Shown: positions 1-17,901 of the stretch, in pieces | Layout: each line of letters begins with the position of its first letter | Numbering within the stretch: position 1 is the stretch's first letter | Notes under the pieces: model-generated | Seen by the model: only the letters and a program-made list of their open reading frames with translations | Databases searched by the model: none | Told to the model about the DNA's origin: nothing | Source of the DNA: Hormiphora californensis | Lineage: Eukaryota > Animalia > Ctenophora | DNA length: 64,000 bases | Direction: 5' to 3' | Assembly: GCA_020137815.1 (NCBI GenBank) | Contig: CM035360.1 | Location: forward strand, 2,914,001-2,978,000 | Program-made: the position numbers and the translations under genes

Positions 1-5290
<5,290 letters not shown>

Positions 5291-5852
5291 TTTCTATCTG
5301 GCGGCATGTGATCTGATATTGTTGTTTGTGTTGAACAGTTTTATGAGACAGAGACAAAACACGATCCCAGATTTACCTTTTAAAACGGTATCAATTATTT
5401 AGCTTTTATACGTGTAGCACCCATTGTCCCACGTTTAATTCACCATGTCCGATCTAATACAACCAGCTTCACCTAGGTCCACAGTTACACAGTAGTACAT
5501 TAGTACATTAGTACACAGTATAACAGTAGTAGTACATTATCAGCTTCACTATTCAGTAAATTAGTATGACAGTCTTTTTGTAGCTCTATATTAATTGCTC
5601 CCCTCTCAGTTTTAACAGGTTAAATTATGTGAACCGATTTTCCAGGTTTTCAAATGACTGCGTGTTTTTTATTCCCCCCCCCCCGCCCTCTTTCTTGGTA
5701 TATTCCCATTTCCCGTGCTACCCCTCCCCCTTCCCCTCCCTTGGCTCCAACAACACTTTTAACTGAAACTCCCAAACTTTTTGACTGGGTGACCCCTTAC
5801 TCAACAACTTAATTAACCCGATCTCTCTTTTCATCTAGCATTATATCGAACC

Positions 5853-8264
5853 ATGGCAGATAAAATTATCGATCCTATCCGGCAGTTTGCAGTGGATTGT
5901 TTTGAGAGGCTTTATAAAAAGCACAGAGAGAATATTCTAACATTTAAACTACCGTTTTCTAAGGTAAGTTCATCCCTAAACTCGTCTCTAAATTGTACTA
6001 ACCCTTACCAGTGGTGCTCTGTCATATTGGCCGCCCGCACAGCGTCGCCCAAAGCGTCGTCCACGACGCTCAAAAAAGCATTCCCAGCGGACTGCGTCAT
6101 AGACGTCGTGGACAACGCTTTGGGCGACGGCCAATACGACGGAGCTATACCTGCCCTCCCTTTGCAGGGACGAGAGGTGCTAAATTATTGATCTCATGGA
6201 ATCTGACATGATCGTTTTCATATTTGTTCAAAGGGTAGCTTTAAAAAAATTCCCAGAGATATTATATCATATAAGTTATATGATGTACTATTATCTCTGG
6301 GAATTTTTTTATATTGGAACAAGATAGATAGTATCTTCACTCGCACGTTTCTCTCTTTTCTCACACAACACGCCCTACTGTACAACAGTGAAGGGGAGTG
6401 AAGATACTATCTATCTTGTTCCTATATGAGTTACAGCTGCAATATCTAAGGGCATGATCAGTGATATAGAGAGAGGAAATGTAGATAAATTGTAGGCGAG
6501 GTAGCTCAATAGGTTAGAGCAATGTACATGTAATGCAGAGGTTGTCGGTTCGAGCCCGGCCCTCGCCAGATATTTTTCTAGTTTCCTCCCTATTTTAATC
6601 CTGATCAGATCTCATTATAATAATTTTTTTATATTATAACGGGAAAACTCATGAATATCTTTCCTCAGGAACGGGCCAAATTAGTAGCTGCAAATGCCAC
6701 GTCAAACGGAGAGACACCTACAAGGGACGCTACTACTATCGAAACCCTCACACCTGACAAAACCAGCAAATTCTCCAGAGAGTGTCGTGTGTGTCTTGCC
6801 TCCTACAACAGTCACACAGTGGCCAACTCCCCCTTCAAGTGCGGAATATGTCTCCAGTCATCTCACGACTGTGCCGCGCTTCTGAAACTGTGTGGTATCT
6901 TCCAAATAACACCATCCACCTCTTCTGCCGGTTTGATGTGGTTGTGTGGTTCGTGTCAGTCCAGTTTCAATCCTATCCGAGCTAAACAAGAACCTGTTTA
7001 CAGTGTCAAAACAATTACTTCGGTGAATATCGAGAACCCAAGTGATCCTGATCTAAATCAAAATAATCCTGATCTGCATCCCTGTGATTCCAGCCCGCTA
7101 CAAAACGACACACCCATCGCTGAAGACAATTCCCCCGACACACACGTAGCTGTGATCAAAACTGATGACCAACCTGATTCCCCGCCGAGTCATGTTATCA
7201 AGAAGGAGTCCTCTGAAACTGAAGAGGATACCGAGTCCTCTGAAACTACCTCAGACTCCTCTAAAAAGCAAGAAGAACCTCTCCTAAAGAAGGAAAAAGA
7301 GGATACCGAGTCCTCTGAAACTACCTCAGACTCCTCTAAAGAAGAACAAGCAGTCAACCCTTCCAAACCAACAGCCGAATCATCCAAACCAGCTGCAACA
7401 GTGAACCCTTCCGCACTTACTCAGGAACCTCTCTACCGAGGAAAACCAACGAGCCAACACATTATAGATGGCAAGAGAGAGGCCCTGACAAGGATAATGG
7501 AGCGCAAGTACTTGAAGTCCCTCAAGTCAGCCGAGGACATCCCCATTCCAGCCCAAGCTGTATCTCATATATCAGCATCTGCTAGTGTGCTGTCTCCGAA
7601 ACATGTCCAAGCACCATCTTCTTCCAGTTCAAAACTACCAGTCAATTCATCAAAACCAGCAGCCAACCTTCCCAAACCAGCAGCCAACCTTCCCAAACCA
7701 GCAGCCAACCTTCCCAAACCAGCAGCCAACCTTCCCAAACCAGCAGCCAACCTTCCCAAACCAGCAGCCAACCTTACCAAACCAGCAGCCAACCTTCCCA
7801 AACCAGCAGCCAACCTTACCAAACCAGCAGCCAACCTTCCCAAACCATCAGCCAACCTTCCCAAACCAGCAGCCAACCTTACCAAACCAGCAGCCAACCT
7901 TCCCAAACCAGCAGCCAACCTTCCCAAACCAGCAGCCAACCTTCCCAAACCAGCAGCCAACCTTACCAAACCAGCAGCCAACCTTCCCAAACCATCAGTT
8001 AACCCATCCAAACCATCAGTTAACCCATCCAAACCAGCAACCAACCCTTCCAAACCCGCAAGCGGCCTAGTTGTACCTCCTCAATGGGGACCCCAATATT
8101 ACCGTACTAGAGTTGGTGATGTTGTAACTCTTCAATATCAAAACATCAACAACTTTTTTTGTTGGGTTGTTGTGAATCAAACCAACCTAGGACCCCTACC
8201 ATCCCTACTGAGCCTACAGCAGAGCCTTGATAATGAACTTCATTACAGAAACAATAGATCATAA
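5853..8264 (+). CDS. PHD-finger-like protein with Ser/Glu-rich region and KPAANLP repeats
   Basis: Exon 5853-5963 (AAG|GTAAGT) joins 6669-8264 in phase 0. CRVC...CGIC...HDC...WLCGSC fits the C4HC3 PHD pattern with W two residues before the last Cys pair. Confidence 0.7.
6016..6145. mobile_element. Palindromic (foldback) MITE-like insertion in intron
   Basis: Arms GCTCTGTCATATTGGCCG..CGTCGCCCAAAGCGTCGTCCACGACG and their reverse complement. Confidence 0.6.
6316..6422. mobile_element. MITE with about 27-bp TIR GGAACAAGATAGATAGTATCTTCACTC
   Basis: Inverted termini. A related terminus recurs near 60600-60627. Confidence 0.7.
6495..6568 (+). tRNA. tRNA-Thr(TGT)-like gene or tRNA-derived repeat head
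   Basis: Acceptor stem GGCGAGG/CCTCGCC, D stem GCTC/GAGC, T loop TTCGAGC, anticodon loop CATGTAA. A at position 33 and one anticodon-stem mismatch are non-canonical. Confidence 0.65.
7653..8055 (+). repeat. 21-bp coding minisatellite (KPAANLP)n
   Basis: AAACCAGCAGCCAACCTTCCC repeated about 19 times, degenerating at the 3' end. Confidence 0.95.
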
Positions 8265-9149
8265 TTTATTATATTTCGTTATCATTCATTATTCAGATAC
8301 ATTATACAGATGTGAGAGGAAATAAAAAATTGACGCTTTTTAATTTATATTTTTATGTTCCGATGATGAAATTGAATTGAAATAAACTAATGAACCTGTC
8401 TTTACTAATATTATTATGTACTATTTATTAATTTGTACTGCTGTTTTTATTTGTACTTTGACCAGTTGATTAACCCCCTTCTAACTAATACCGTTTAACA
8501 TAATATATAATATATAATTATACTCAATAGCATGGATCAGGGATGTGATTAATAGATCATGCGACATGCGTGGAAACTGGAAGGGACTCCTTGACGATAT
8601 GAAACATTTAACATACCTTCTCGTCCCAACACCATCAGTAGAACGCCCCCCCCCCCCCCCCCATGGCCCCTGTGGAACTCTTCCTGAAATGAAGAGATTC
8701 CAGGCAGGATTTCTGATAATCTACTCCATTTCAGTTTTAAGGTAATGGCAAAAACAACAACAACAGAAGTTTGATATTGACCGAAATTTAACTAACATAT
8801 TTTATAGTTTTTAGATAAATTTAGTAGTTTATGTTGCCTGTTGGCGCCTACATGTCACCCATGAGCGCACAGAGAATCAACACGGCGTCTGTTGTTGTGA
8901 ACTCTTTTTCTCTTCTCCCCCTCGTGACGATTAAGTCACTTTATTGCTGCCCATGTGATTCCGTCTTATCTTTCTTATGCTTATGTTATGTGTGAGATCA
9001 TAGTATCGAGTTCCATGTCTAGGCATGCATTTAAAGCCGTTTCACAAAGCCCAAGTGAAGGCTTTCTTTTGTTGCATAGGCTTTTCTTTATTTTTGAACT
9101 TGTATATTATGTCAGTTCTGACTGTGTTTCACCCTATCCAGTTAGAAGA

Positions 9150-10759
9150 ATGTCGGAACCAGTTGCTAAGACGATCGATGTAGAGCAGGAAAAGGATGCC
9201 AGCCTAGAGAACAACCCTTATTGGGTACTGGCTTTCAATGCTTTAAAGGGTGTCATGGAGGGTCTACTAGAGGGATTGAAACAACACTTTTCTGGCGAGG
9301 ACCTTGCTAGGGCAAGAAATAAACTACTGACATCAGCTTTTAAAATACCTCTGGATAATGTGAGTCTTCTCTTCTCTTCTTTAGAAGTACAAATATTATT
9401 ACATAGTATCTTATAAAATAGATATTATTCTTAAGTAATAAATTATTATTTCTTATAATATAATTATATAAAGTTATAAGTAATTTATATGTATTTATAT
9501 TATATATTTATATAAGTATTCAATCTTGATTTATTATATTTCTAATATCTTAATATATATATATCTTATACAGATCTTATATTATATTATTATCAGATAT
9601 TCTATTTATTATTATATTATATTATATTACTATTCTATTATTTACATTCTCATTATATTATTATATTCATATTATATATATTCTATATTATCTCTATTTA
9701 TTCTTTCTATTCTTTACAATATTCTATTCATTTATATTCAATCTTCATCTTATCTTATATCTCTTTCTTTCTCTCATCTTATTATCTCATTCTCTTCTAT
9801 TCTTATTTCTTTCTACTTCTCTTATCTTCTATTTCTTCTTCTCTTTATCTCTTTCTCTATATTCAATTCTTCTCTTCTCTTCAGTCTTCTCTTCATCTTC
9901 ATTCATTTATTAGTCTATTCTCTTAAGTCTTCTCTTCATCTTCATTTACATTGTATCTTCTCTTCAATTCATTTCTTCATATCTTTATTCAAGTCTTCTT
10001 CAATTCTTTCTCTCTCTTCAGTCTTCTTCTCCAATCTTCTCTTCAGTCTTCTCTTAATCTTCTCCTATTCTTCGTCTTTCATGTCTTCATCTTCTCTTCA
10101 AGTTTCTCTTAGTCTTCTTTCTCTTTCTTCAATCTTCTCTTCTCTTCTCTTCAGTCTTCTCTCCAATCTTCTCTTCAGTCTTCTCTTCAGTCTTCTCTTC
10201 TCTTCAGTCTTCTCTTCTCTTCTCTTCAGTCTTCTCTTCTCTTCAATCTTCTCTTCAGTCTTCTCTTCAGTCTTCTCTTCAATCTTCTCTTCTCTTCTCT
10301 TCAGTCTTCTCTCCAATCTTCTCTTCAGTCTTCTCTTCTCTTCTCTTCAGTCTTCTCTTCAGTCTTCTCTTCAATCTTCTCTTCTCTTCTCTTCAGTCTT
10401 CTCTTCAGTCTTCTCTTCAGTCTTCTCTTCAGTCTTCTCTTCAGTCTTCTCTTCAGTCTTCTCTTCTCTAGGTACACGGATCGCTAAATAATAAAATGGT
10501 GACTCAAGGGACACAGACGCGTACTTGGCCCGTTACTCCCAAGAAAGCAAGACATTTAGTACTAGTCAGTGGTATTGACTATGTGGGTGATGTCATGAGG
10601 ATGTTCAAAGGGATAGCAACACCAAAACACGTGGAAACCAGGCCCAATAACGTGAACCGATTTGCTGTGGAGTTTGAAACCCATGCAGAAGCAATGTTTG
10701 TGTTGATACTAGATCGTACATACATAGGTAGGAATACATGTGTCTCCACTTTAGTTTGA
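9150..10759 (+). CDS. Small two-exon protein (about 165 aa) with C-terminal RRM-like domain, copy A
   Basis: Exon 9150-9359 (GTGAGT donor) joins 10472-10759 in frame. HLVLVSGI and RFAVEFETHAEAM resemble RNP2 and RNP1. Paralog at 11711. Confidence 0.6.
9860..10470. repeat. (TCTTC)n / TCTTCTCTTCAG pyrimidine repeat in intron
   Basis: Seen directly. A shorter version fills the paralogous intron at 11910-12060. Confidence 0.9.
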
Positions 10760-11710
10760 TGCTTTTATCTACTTTTTGGGACAAATTAGGGGCCTGGCAG
10801 GCCCCTCGATCCGTTTTGGTCGAGATATAAAATCTTTCACTATAATCACTGTCCAATAGACCACTGAACCACCCATCTCTCATTTCAGAAAAACCACAGC
10901 GAGAAGGATGTGACAAAGAGTTCTTCTATCCCGAACTGACACTGGACAGTAAACCACAGGACTAAACTGGACGTGTACTCTGGGCAGGGGGAAGAACAAT
11001 CATGTGGTGAGTATATTAAATAGTATTGGAGTGTATACATATAAGGTCCCTTATACACAGGTATACACAATGTATTACACATGCAGACACTTATTTTAAA
11101 CCATTTTTGTCAACATTCATGTTACCCCAAACTCGTGTAGTGCACATGTAATATTTATTATTTGTTGACTGCACGGACCACACGGTAATCGACGCAGAAA
11201 AACAGGGGAGAGAACTTCAAAAAAGTTATCTTTTTACCAAAATTTATTGTTCTAGAATAAAGTAATTTGTGTCATTACTACATACTGAAAAGCTTGCCGG
11301 GCGTTGAAAAGAATATCTGTAAAATAAACAAGGACATGATCTTGGATTTCTTCTATTTGCTGCATAATTCGCAATTCTTGTTCCTTTCAGTGCTGCTTGT
11401 AGTGGGAATACGGTGTCTGAATAATACAGTATTTGACCATTACGGTTTCTGAAATACATATATATTTCGGTGTCACGTGTTGTCAATCTGGCGCTCTGAT
11501 TGGTCTCGTCTTACCGTTTTTCACTGATACCGTGTTGAACCGATACCGTATTCTCACTACAAGCACCCATGTTTGTATCGTAGCAAGGTGTCTCGAGCAT
11601 TGCCCAGCTGATTTCTTTCGTTGTTTATTTGTACTTCTACAGTAGTTCTATCATGCAAAAATTATATCGATACTGGACTAGCAAAGTGCATTTGTTTCAC
11701 AATTAGAAGA

Positions 11711-12300
11711 ATGTCGGAACCTGAGACGATCGATGTAGAGCAGGAAAAGGATGCCAGCCTAGAGAACAACCCTTATTGGGTACTGGCTTTCAATGCTTTA
11801 AAGGGTGTCATGGAGGGACTACTAGAAGGATTGAAACAGCACTTTTCTGGGAAAGACCTTGTTAGGGCAAGAAATAAGCTACTGACATCTCTGGCGAATG
11901 TGATTTTTATCTTCTCTTCAGTCTTCTCTTCTCTTCTCCTCTCTTCTCTTCTCTTCTCTTCTCTTCTCTTCAGTCTTCTCTTGAACAGTCTTCTCTTCTC
12001 TTCTCTTCTCTTCTCTTCTCTTCTCTTCAGTCTTTTCTTCTCTTCTCTTCTCTTCTCCAGGGTACACAAATGTAACCACGTCCTAAACATCTTGTGCTTG
12101 TCAGACAAGCATATGGAGTATGCCGTGTAGGAGATGTCATGAGGATATTCAAAGGGATAGCTACACCCAAACACGTGGAACAGCAGGGAAGTGGATTCAT
12201 TGCGGAGTTTGAAACTCATGCGGAAGCAATGCGAGCGATGATAGTAGATCAAGCATATATAGGTAGGAATGATAAATGTGTGCCACTACACAGTTTTTGA
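11711..12300 (+). pseudogene. RRM-like protein copy B with in-frame stop
   Basis: Exon 11711-11899 is nearly identical to copy A. Exon 2 from 12061 reads GTQM* (TAA 12073-12075) and then continues as the homologous RRM-like sequence. The stop could be a consensus error. Confidence 0.5.
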
Positions 12301-12329
12301 TGTTTTTTTCTTGTTGAGTTTGTCTATGA

Positions 12330-15300
12330 AGCCATGGATGCCCCCATTATGTATTGAGACGTGCATGTTTCGGGCTAGGGAGCGAAACGCCTGGTTTGGC
12401 CCCCAAAAAAAAAAATTAAAATTTCGTTTCTATCAGGGGTTTTTTTCTGTGACACCAAATCCAAGGGGAACCCTCACAACACGGGTGTCCGGCCCTCCCT
12501 TGGGATTATTAGGGTTAAAATTTATTTTAATCCAATTTTTTAAGGGTTTTTGAGGCCCCCGGAAGGCTATAATTTGTTTGGGGGTTTTTTTCCCCGGGAG
12601 AAAAATGACAAATTATTTCCCCCATTTAGAAAAACCGTCAGAGGGAGCGAAAAAACTTTGGGCCCGGGAAACCTTTCCATTTCCCCGTGGAGGTAAAAGT
12701 AAACCATTGGACCATTTTTTTGGGTTTTGATCTTTCAGGAAAGAAAAAAAAGGGTTGGGAAACGCCCTCCAAATATTATTTTTTTTGTTTGGGGGGAAAA
12801 ACATCTTTGTACCAAACAAAACCCAAATTAATTTCTTTTGTCAGTAGCAATAAAAAAAAATTTTTTAGGAGGGAAATGGGAAAAAGGGAAAAAAAGGGAA
12901 GTAAGGTTGAAAAAAGGGCCCTATATTTTTCCTAAAAAAAAAAAGGGAGCCCCCAAAAGTGTCCAAATTTGGATGAAATAAATAAAAAAGGGCAGCCAAA
13001 ATAAAAATGTAAATTGATTACACCCAGGCGGGGGGGAAAACTGTTTTTTTTTGTTTTTTAAAATAATTTGGGTTCTAAGGGGGGACCCCCTGGTTTCCGG
13101 GGGGTTAAAAAAGTATAAATGTGTGTTTTTGTAAAAATAAAAAAGGAAATTTATTTGGAACCCAAATTTCTTATTTTTTTTTTAATTCCTTGGGGTATTG
13201 AAAAATTTTCCCGAGCTTTTGGCCCCCGTGATTTCTTTTGTTGTTTTAGTTCATTATATTTGTACTTTATAAGTGTTTTGGGAAAAAATAGTTAGGGGCT
13301 AGGGAAAGGCATTTTTGCCAAATTAAAAAAGGAATTTTCGGACCTTTAGGAAGGGTCGAATTTTAAAAACAGGAAAAGGATTTTAACCCCGGCCTTTTGG
13401 AACAACCCTTTTTGGGGTAATGGCTTTCAAGTGATGGAGGGTTATTTTGGGAAAGGAAGGACGGAAAAACAAACTTTTGGGGAGGGGAAAAAGTAGGGGG
13501 GGAAAAAAAAAGGCGGGAAGGAAAAAAGGGGGGGTAAAAGGGGTAAAGGGAAAAAAGGGGGAAATTCCGGGGGGGAGGAAGGGAGGGGGGAGGAGGAGGA
13601 GGGAGGGAGAGGGAAAGGCGGGAAAAGGGAAGGGGGAGGAGAGGGGGTAGGAAAAAAGGGGAAGGGGGGAAAGGAAGAAAAGGGGGGGGGAGCGGGGAGG
13701 AAGGGGAGGGGAGGAGGGAAAAGGGGAGGGAAGGGGGGACGATTCCTTTCCCCTTTTTTTCCTCTTAATAAATTCCTTTCTTTTCTCTTCTCTTTTTCTA
13801 TGTTCTTCTCTTTTATTTCTTTTCCCCCCCTTTTTTTTTTTCCCCCCTTTTCCCATTCCCCTTTTAAAAATTTGGGGGTTATTTTTCTTTTAGGAAGGGG
13901 AATAAATAAAAGGGAAAAAGGGGCACACCCAAAAACAAAAAAAGGGAAAAAAGAAACGGAAGGGGGGTTTTTTGGGGGTTTTAAAAATGGGGAACATGGG
14001 AGCGGGAGGTATAGAGGAAATCTTTGAGGTGGGAAAGATAAATTCTGACATTTTTAGGGGGTTTTTTGTTTAAATATGGTGATAATGTTTAAACTAGTTT
14101 GAGGACGGTATGCATGGGGAAACCAAAATAAAAGAAAATCAATTTATCATTTTTGTCGGGGTTTTGTTTTTGGGAAATTTTTTTGATTGTGGTTGTATGC
14201 AAGCTTTGCGGACGTAAATTTCCCAAAAAATGAGTCACTGGATTTACTGGATTGACAGTCACATGCGTCACAATCCAGTGAACGTCACAACACGGTGTCA
14301 GGCCTCCATAGCATTATTAATTAATATTATTACAATCCTATTTGTACATGTTTTAGAGGCCCTCGGAAGGCTTTTATTTGTTAAGTTATATAATTTTGTT
14401 GGGATTGTCTAGTATCACTTATCTCGCATATCAGAAAGGGCCCTTTTGCAGAATTTTTGGCCCCCGGCCTTGATTTTTTCCCTTTTTATCGAAGCTAAAA
14501 GTAAAACCCTTTTGGGTTTTTTGGATATGATCTTTAAGCGAATTAGGGTAGTAAAACGTATTCATTTTATTTCTTTTTGTTGGTGTTTTAAACATTTTTT
14601 ACCAACAAACCCAAATTAATTACTTCTGTCGGCAGCAGTAAAACAAATTATTTTAGAAGGTGAAATAGAACAAGGTACACAGTTGAACACATGACATATA
14701 TTTACATAAAAACACACGGGAGCAAAGTGTCCAAATTAGATGAACTAGACAGTCTAGTAAAAATGTAACTTGTAGAAGCACTATAGCTCGTATCCTACAA
14801 CGCCTTCACAAAATGAATTGGGACCCATGACTGTCAGTGAGAGAAAGTGTTAGCGCCCCTACATACTTCAGACCCCTTTACAAAATTTAAAATCGTCTGG
14901 GAAAGCTTTATAATTCGGATAGTGATCTTTCCGTCGCCATCCAGGTCTACTGTCTCAATCATAGCTGGGGGGAAGAGGATTAGGTTACCATGGAACCGGG
15001 GTGTTCATTGTGGGGGGGGATAGATTTAGTGGGGACTAGAAGGGGGACAGTTCACCATCCAGGTCAAATGTCCCAAAACATGTTGGGGGGGAGGGGTTTT
15101 GGGTTTCCTGGCACCGGGGGGTTAATAGCGGGGAGATTGATTTTAGTGGGGAGCTAAGAAGGGGGATAGTTCCCCTCCGGTCACTGTCTCAACTAGCGGG
15201 GGAAGGGGAAAAATTTAGGTTATCATGGCTCCCAAGGGGGGTTTCATGGCGGGCCAGGTTTGGGATTGAGGGGGGGAGCTAAAAGGGGGATATTTTTCAC

Positions 15301-15620
15301 CATCCGGGGCCCCTACGTCTAAACATTGCTGGGGAAATTTAGATTGAGTGGGGAGCTAGAAGGGGGATAGTTCACCACCCAAGATAAACTTTTCCCCAAT
15401 CTTTGCGGGGAGGGGAAGGTTAGATTGGTGGGGAGCTAGGGGGGGAAAGTTCACCTTTCCGGGTTAAAACTGTTTTCAAAAATAAACCCAATTAAATGAC
15501 GGGTTAAAATACTGGGGAAATCAAAAGACATTTTCCCCTACCTGACACCTCCTCCTCCGAGTGCCGGGGGATATGGATCAAGCCAATTAGGGGATTAGTG
15601 TGGGACCGGTTATTTTAATA
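12330..15620. other. Low-quality / homopolymer-inflated consensus
   Basis: Excess homopolymer runs. 12800-13010 is a garbled copy of 14590-14770. Confidence 0.7.
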
Positions 15621-16316
15621 GTAAAAGATAGGGTGGTAGATGATAAAGACAGTTTCCTACCTGACACCTCCTCCTCAGTTGATTCTATTCCCATGCTGAT
15701 AACAGCCTGGAGGAGCTCACTGGCAGATATCGTACCATTGCCATCCACATCAAATTGCTGAAGTGGGCATTATTGAGTGGTGGTATTGGGCTGTGGGATG
15801 GGTGAGAAAATGTGATTTGAGGGACAAAAATAGGGCAGAGAAGGGGGTAATTTGGAACACATTTATTATGATTTAATAGTACAAACCTCAAATGCCCACA
15901 AGGTTGTTATATTTAACCAGTTCGCAATACTCATCAAATGAGATTCGACCATCCCCATCAAGATCAATGTCTCGGAACACACCCCGGAGCTATAGGAAGA
16001 AAGGGGAGTTAAACACACACCCCGGAGCTATAGGAAGAAAGGGGAAATAGGAGTTAAACGGGCCCCAGTTAAACCCTCAGCTATAATTTATAAGGAGAGG
16101 GCGGGGGGAGATAGTAAATATTGGAGATATAAAAAGAGATTGCATTACATAGCTACATCATATGTCATTCTTCCATACCTCGCTCTTGGTCAGATCAAAA
16201 CCCATCTCATCAAAAGCTACCCTCAATTCCTTCTGGGAGATGGTCCCAGATCCGTCCGTGTCGATCTCATCGAAGACTTTCCTGCATTGCTCTATTGTCT
16301 GCTGACTGGCATCCAT
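14834..16316 (-). CDS. Calmodulin-like protein with four EF-hands
   Basis: Exons 16316-16179 (DTDGSGTISQKE), about 15989-15887 (DLDGDGRISFDE), about 15757-15661 (DVDGNGTISASE) and 14964 to about 14834 (DLDGDGKIT). Small indels in exons 2 and 4. Confidence 0.85.
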
Positions 16317-17647
16317 AGCTGCAAAACAACTGTGAAGGGTTAACTGTGTGATTTGAGTGGGAAGGAAAGAGTTGAAATCTTTATAGAAAAGTTCGCAAAT
16401 ATACGATCATATACGGTCATAGGCTGTCTGTCTTGAGTGTATGGTGGCGGTGAACTGAACTGACTGTGACCGCAGTGTGCCAGAGGAACAAAACACAGGC
16501 AACAATGTTAAAACACTCATGTGTATCGAGCAGCGTGTCGTGAATATGGGACTTGTGTATAATAATGCTAGTCTAAACTGGTCTAAACTGAACGGTTATT
16601 GGTTAACAGAGCAAATGAAGTTTGCCCGCTGACCGCTGGTCGCAGTGTGTTTTTCTACTGCTAAGAAAACATCTGATAAAACATGGGGTTAATAAGAACC
16701 CCCTTTTTTAAAAAAACCCCCCCCCCCACCCCCTTTTTTTTTCCCCCCCCTTTCCTCTCTTTTCTCTCTCTCCTTTCCCCCCTTTTCCTTTTCTTTTTTC
16801 CCCTTCCTCTCCCCCTTCTCTCTCTCTCTCTCTCTCCGACAAAGAAAGACAAACAATGACATGGGTCTCCACACAATCGAGCATTGAGAAGCTTCATCAT
16901 TGGTCTAGTTCAACTCACTGCGGTCAAAATTTGCTGATTCTGCTAGAAAGCTACTTAAAGGGCTATAACGGATAATAAAGATGGCAAAGAACTTTGAGAT
17001 AAAGGCAGAGAGAGAGAGAGGCAGAGAGAGAAAGTAAGAGACGCAGTTTTTACTTTTTAGGGCTTTCACAAATGACAACGAGTTCTGACAGGTTGATAGA
17101 GAATTAGTGTGGTTTACATTTTAATAGAGTTCTTCGATCAGTTCTCCACTGTCTTACTCTTTGTCTTTCTCTCTGTCTTTCTGTCTTTCTCCCTCCATCT
17201 CTCTAACTTCCTATGTTTTTTCCGACTACCTCTCTCTCATCTCTCTAGCTTCCTATATCAGCTACCTCTATCTTTCTGAATCTGTCCTTCAAGTGACTAA
17301 TGCATTCTTATAATAGATAGAGATCTGTAAGGAGGACAGAGCAAGTTGATACCGCCTGTATACAGTTAACACTAATACTACTACTGAGAGATATAGAAGT
17401 TGTTAATAATAGCTTGTAATAATCAAATTAATAAAACTAGATGAAGATCTGGGCATTGGTTTAATGTTTATTAAGCTAGGCGAGCAAGATACAGATAAAA
17501 TATAAGCACTTGTAAGATGTGTCGTCTTGGAATTAATTAGTTACTCTCTCCAACACGTTTACATCCTTATCTTGCCTCTTCACTCTTCATCTCTCTATTT
17601 TATTTTTTAATCATCTCTTATAAATTTTCTCTCTCTTTCTCGCTCTT

Positions 17648-17705
<58 letters not shown>

Positions 17706-17901
17706 CCTCTCTTCCCTCTCTCCATATCCTTCTCCAGTTATTTTAAACATTGTCCACAAAAGCATTTAACAATCGATTACTCAACACAGCTTGCCTCACT
17801 TTGAAACAAGGATATCAATTAACACGAGGTAGATATTTTTCATGATAATCGCCATCTTACCAATTTAAGTCGATACAAGTTATAACCCCTATGTCCTAAA
17901 C

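Noticed and set aside
7565-8070. Alternative-frame and antisense repeat ORFs (NQQPTFP, GRLAAGL)
   Set aside because: They follow from a stop-free 21-bp repeat within the PHD gene.
9526-10491. 321-aa hydrophobic ORF
   Set aside because: It is a translation of AT-rich and (TCTTC)n intronic repeat.
10930-10945. In-frame TGA as possible selenocysteine
   Set aside because: No redox motif or recognisable SECIS, the exon itself is uncertain, and indel errors are common here.
12269-14271. Lys/Gly/Phe/Pro-rich ORFs
   Set aside because: Homopolymer-inflated low-quality sequence with no credible protein signal.
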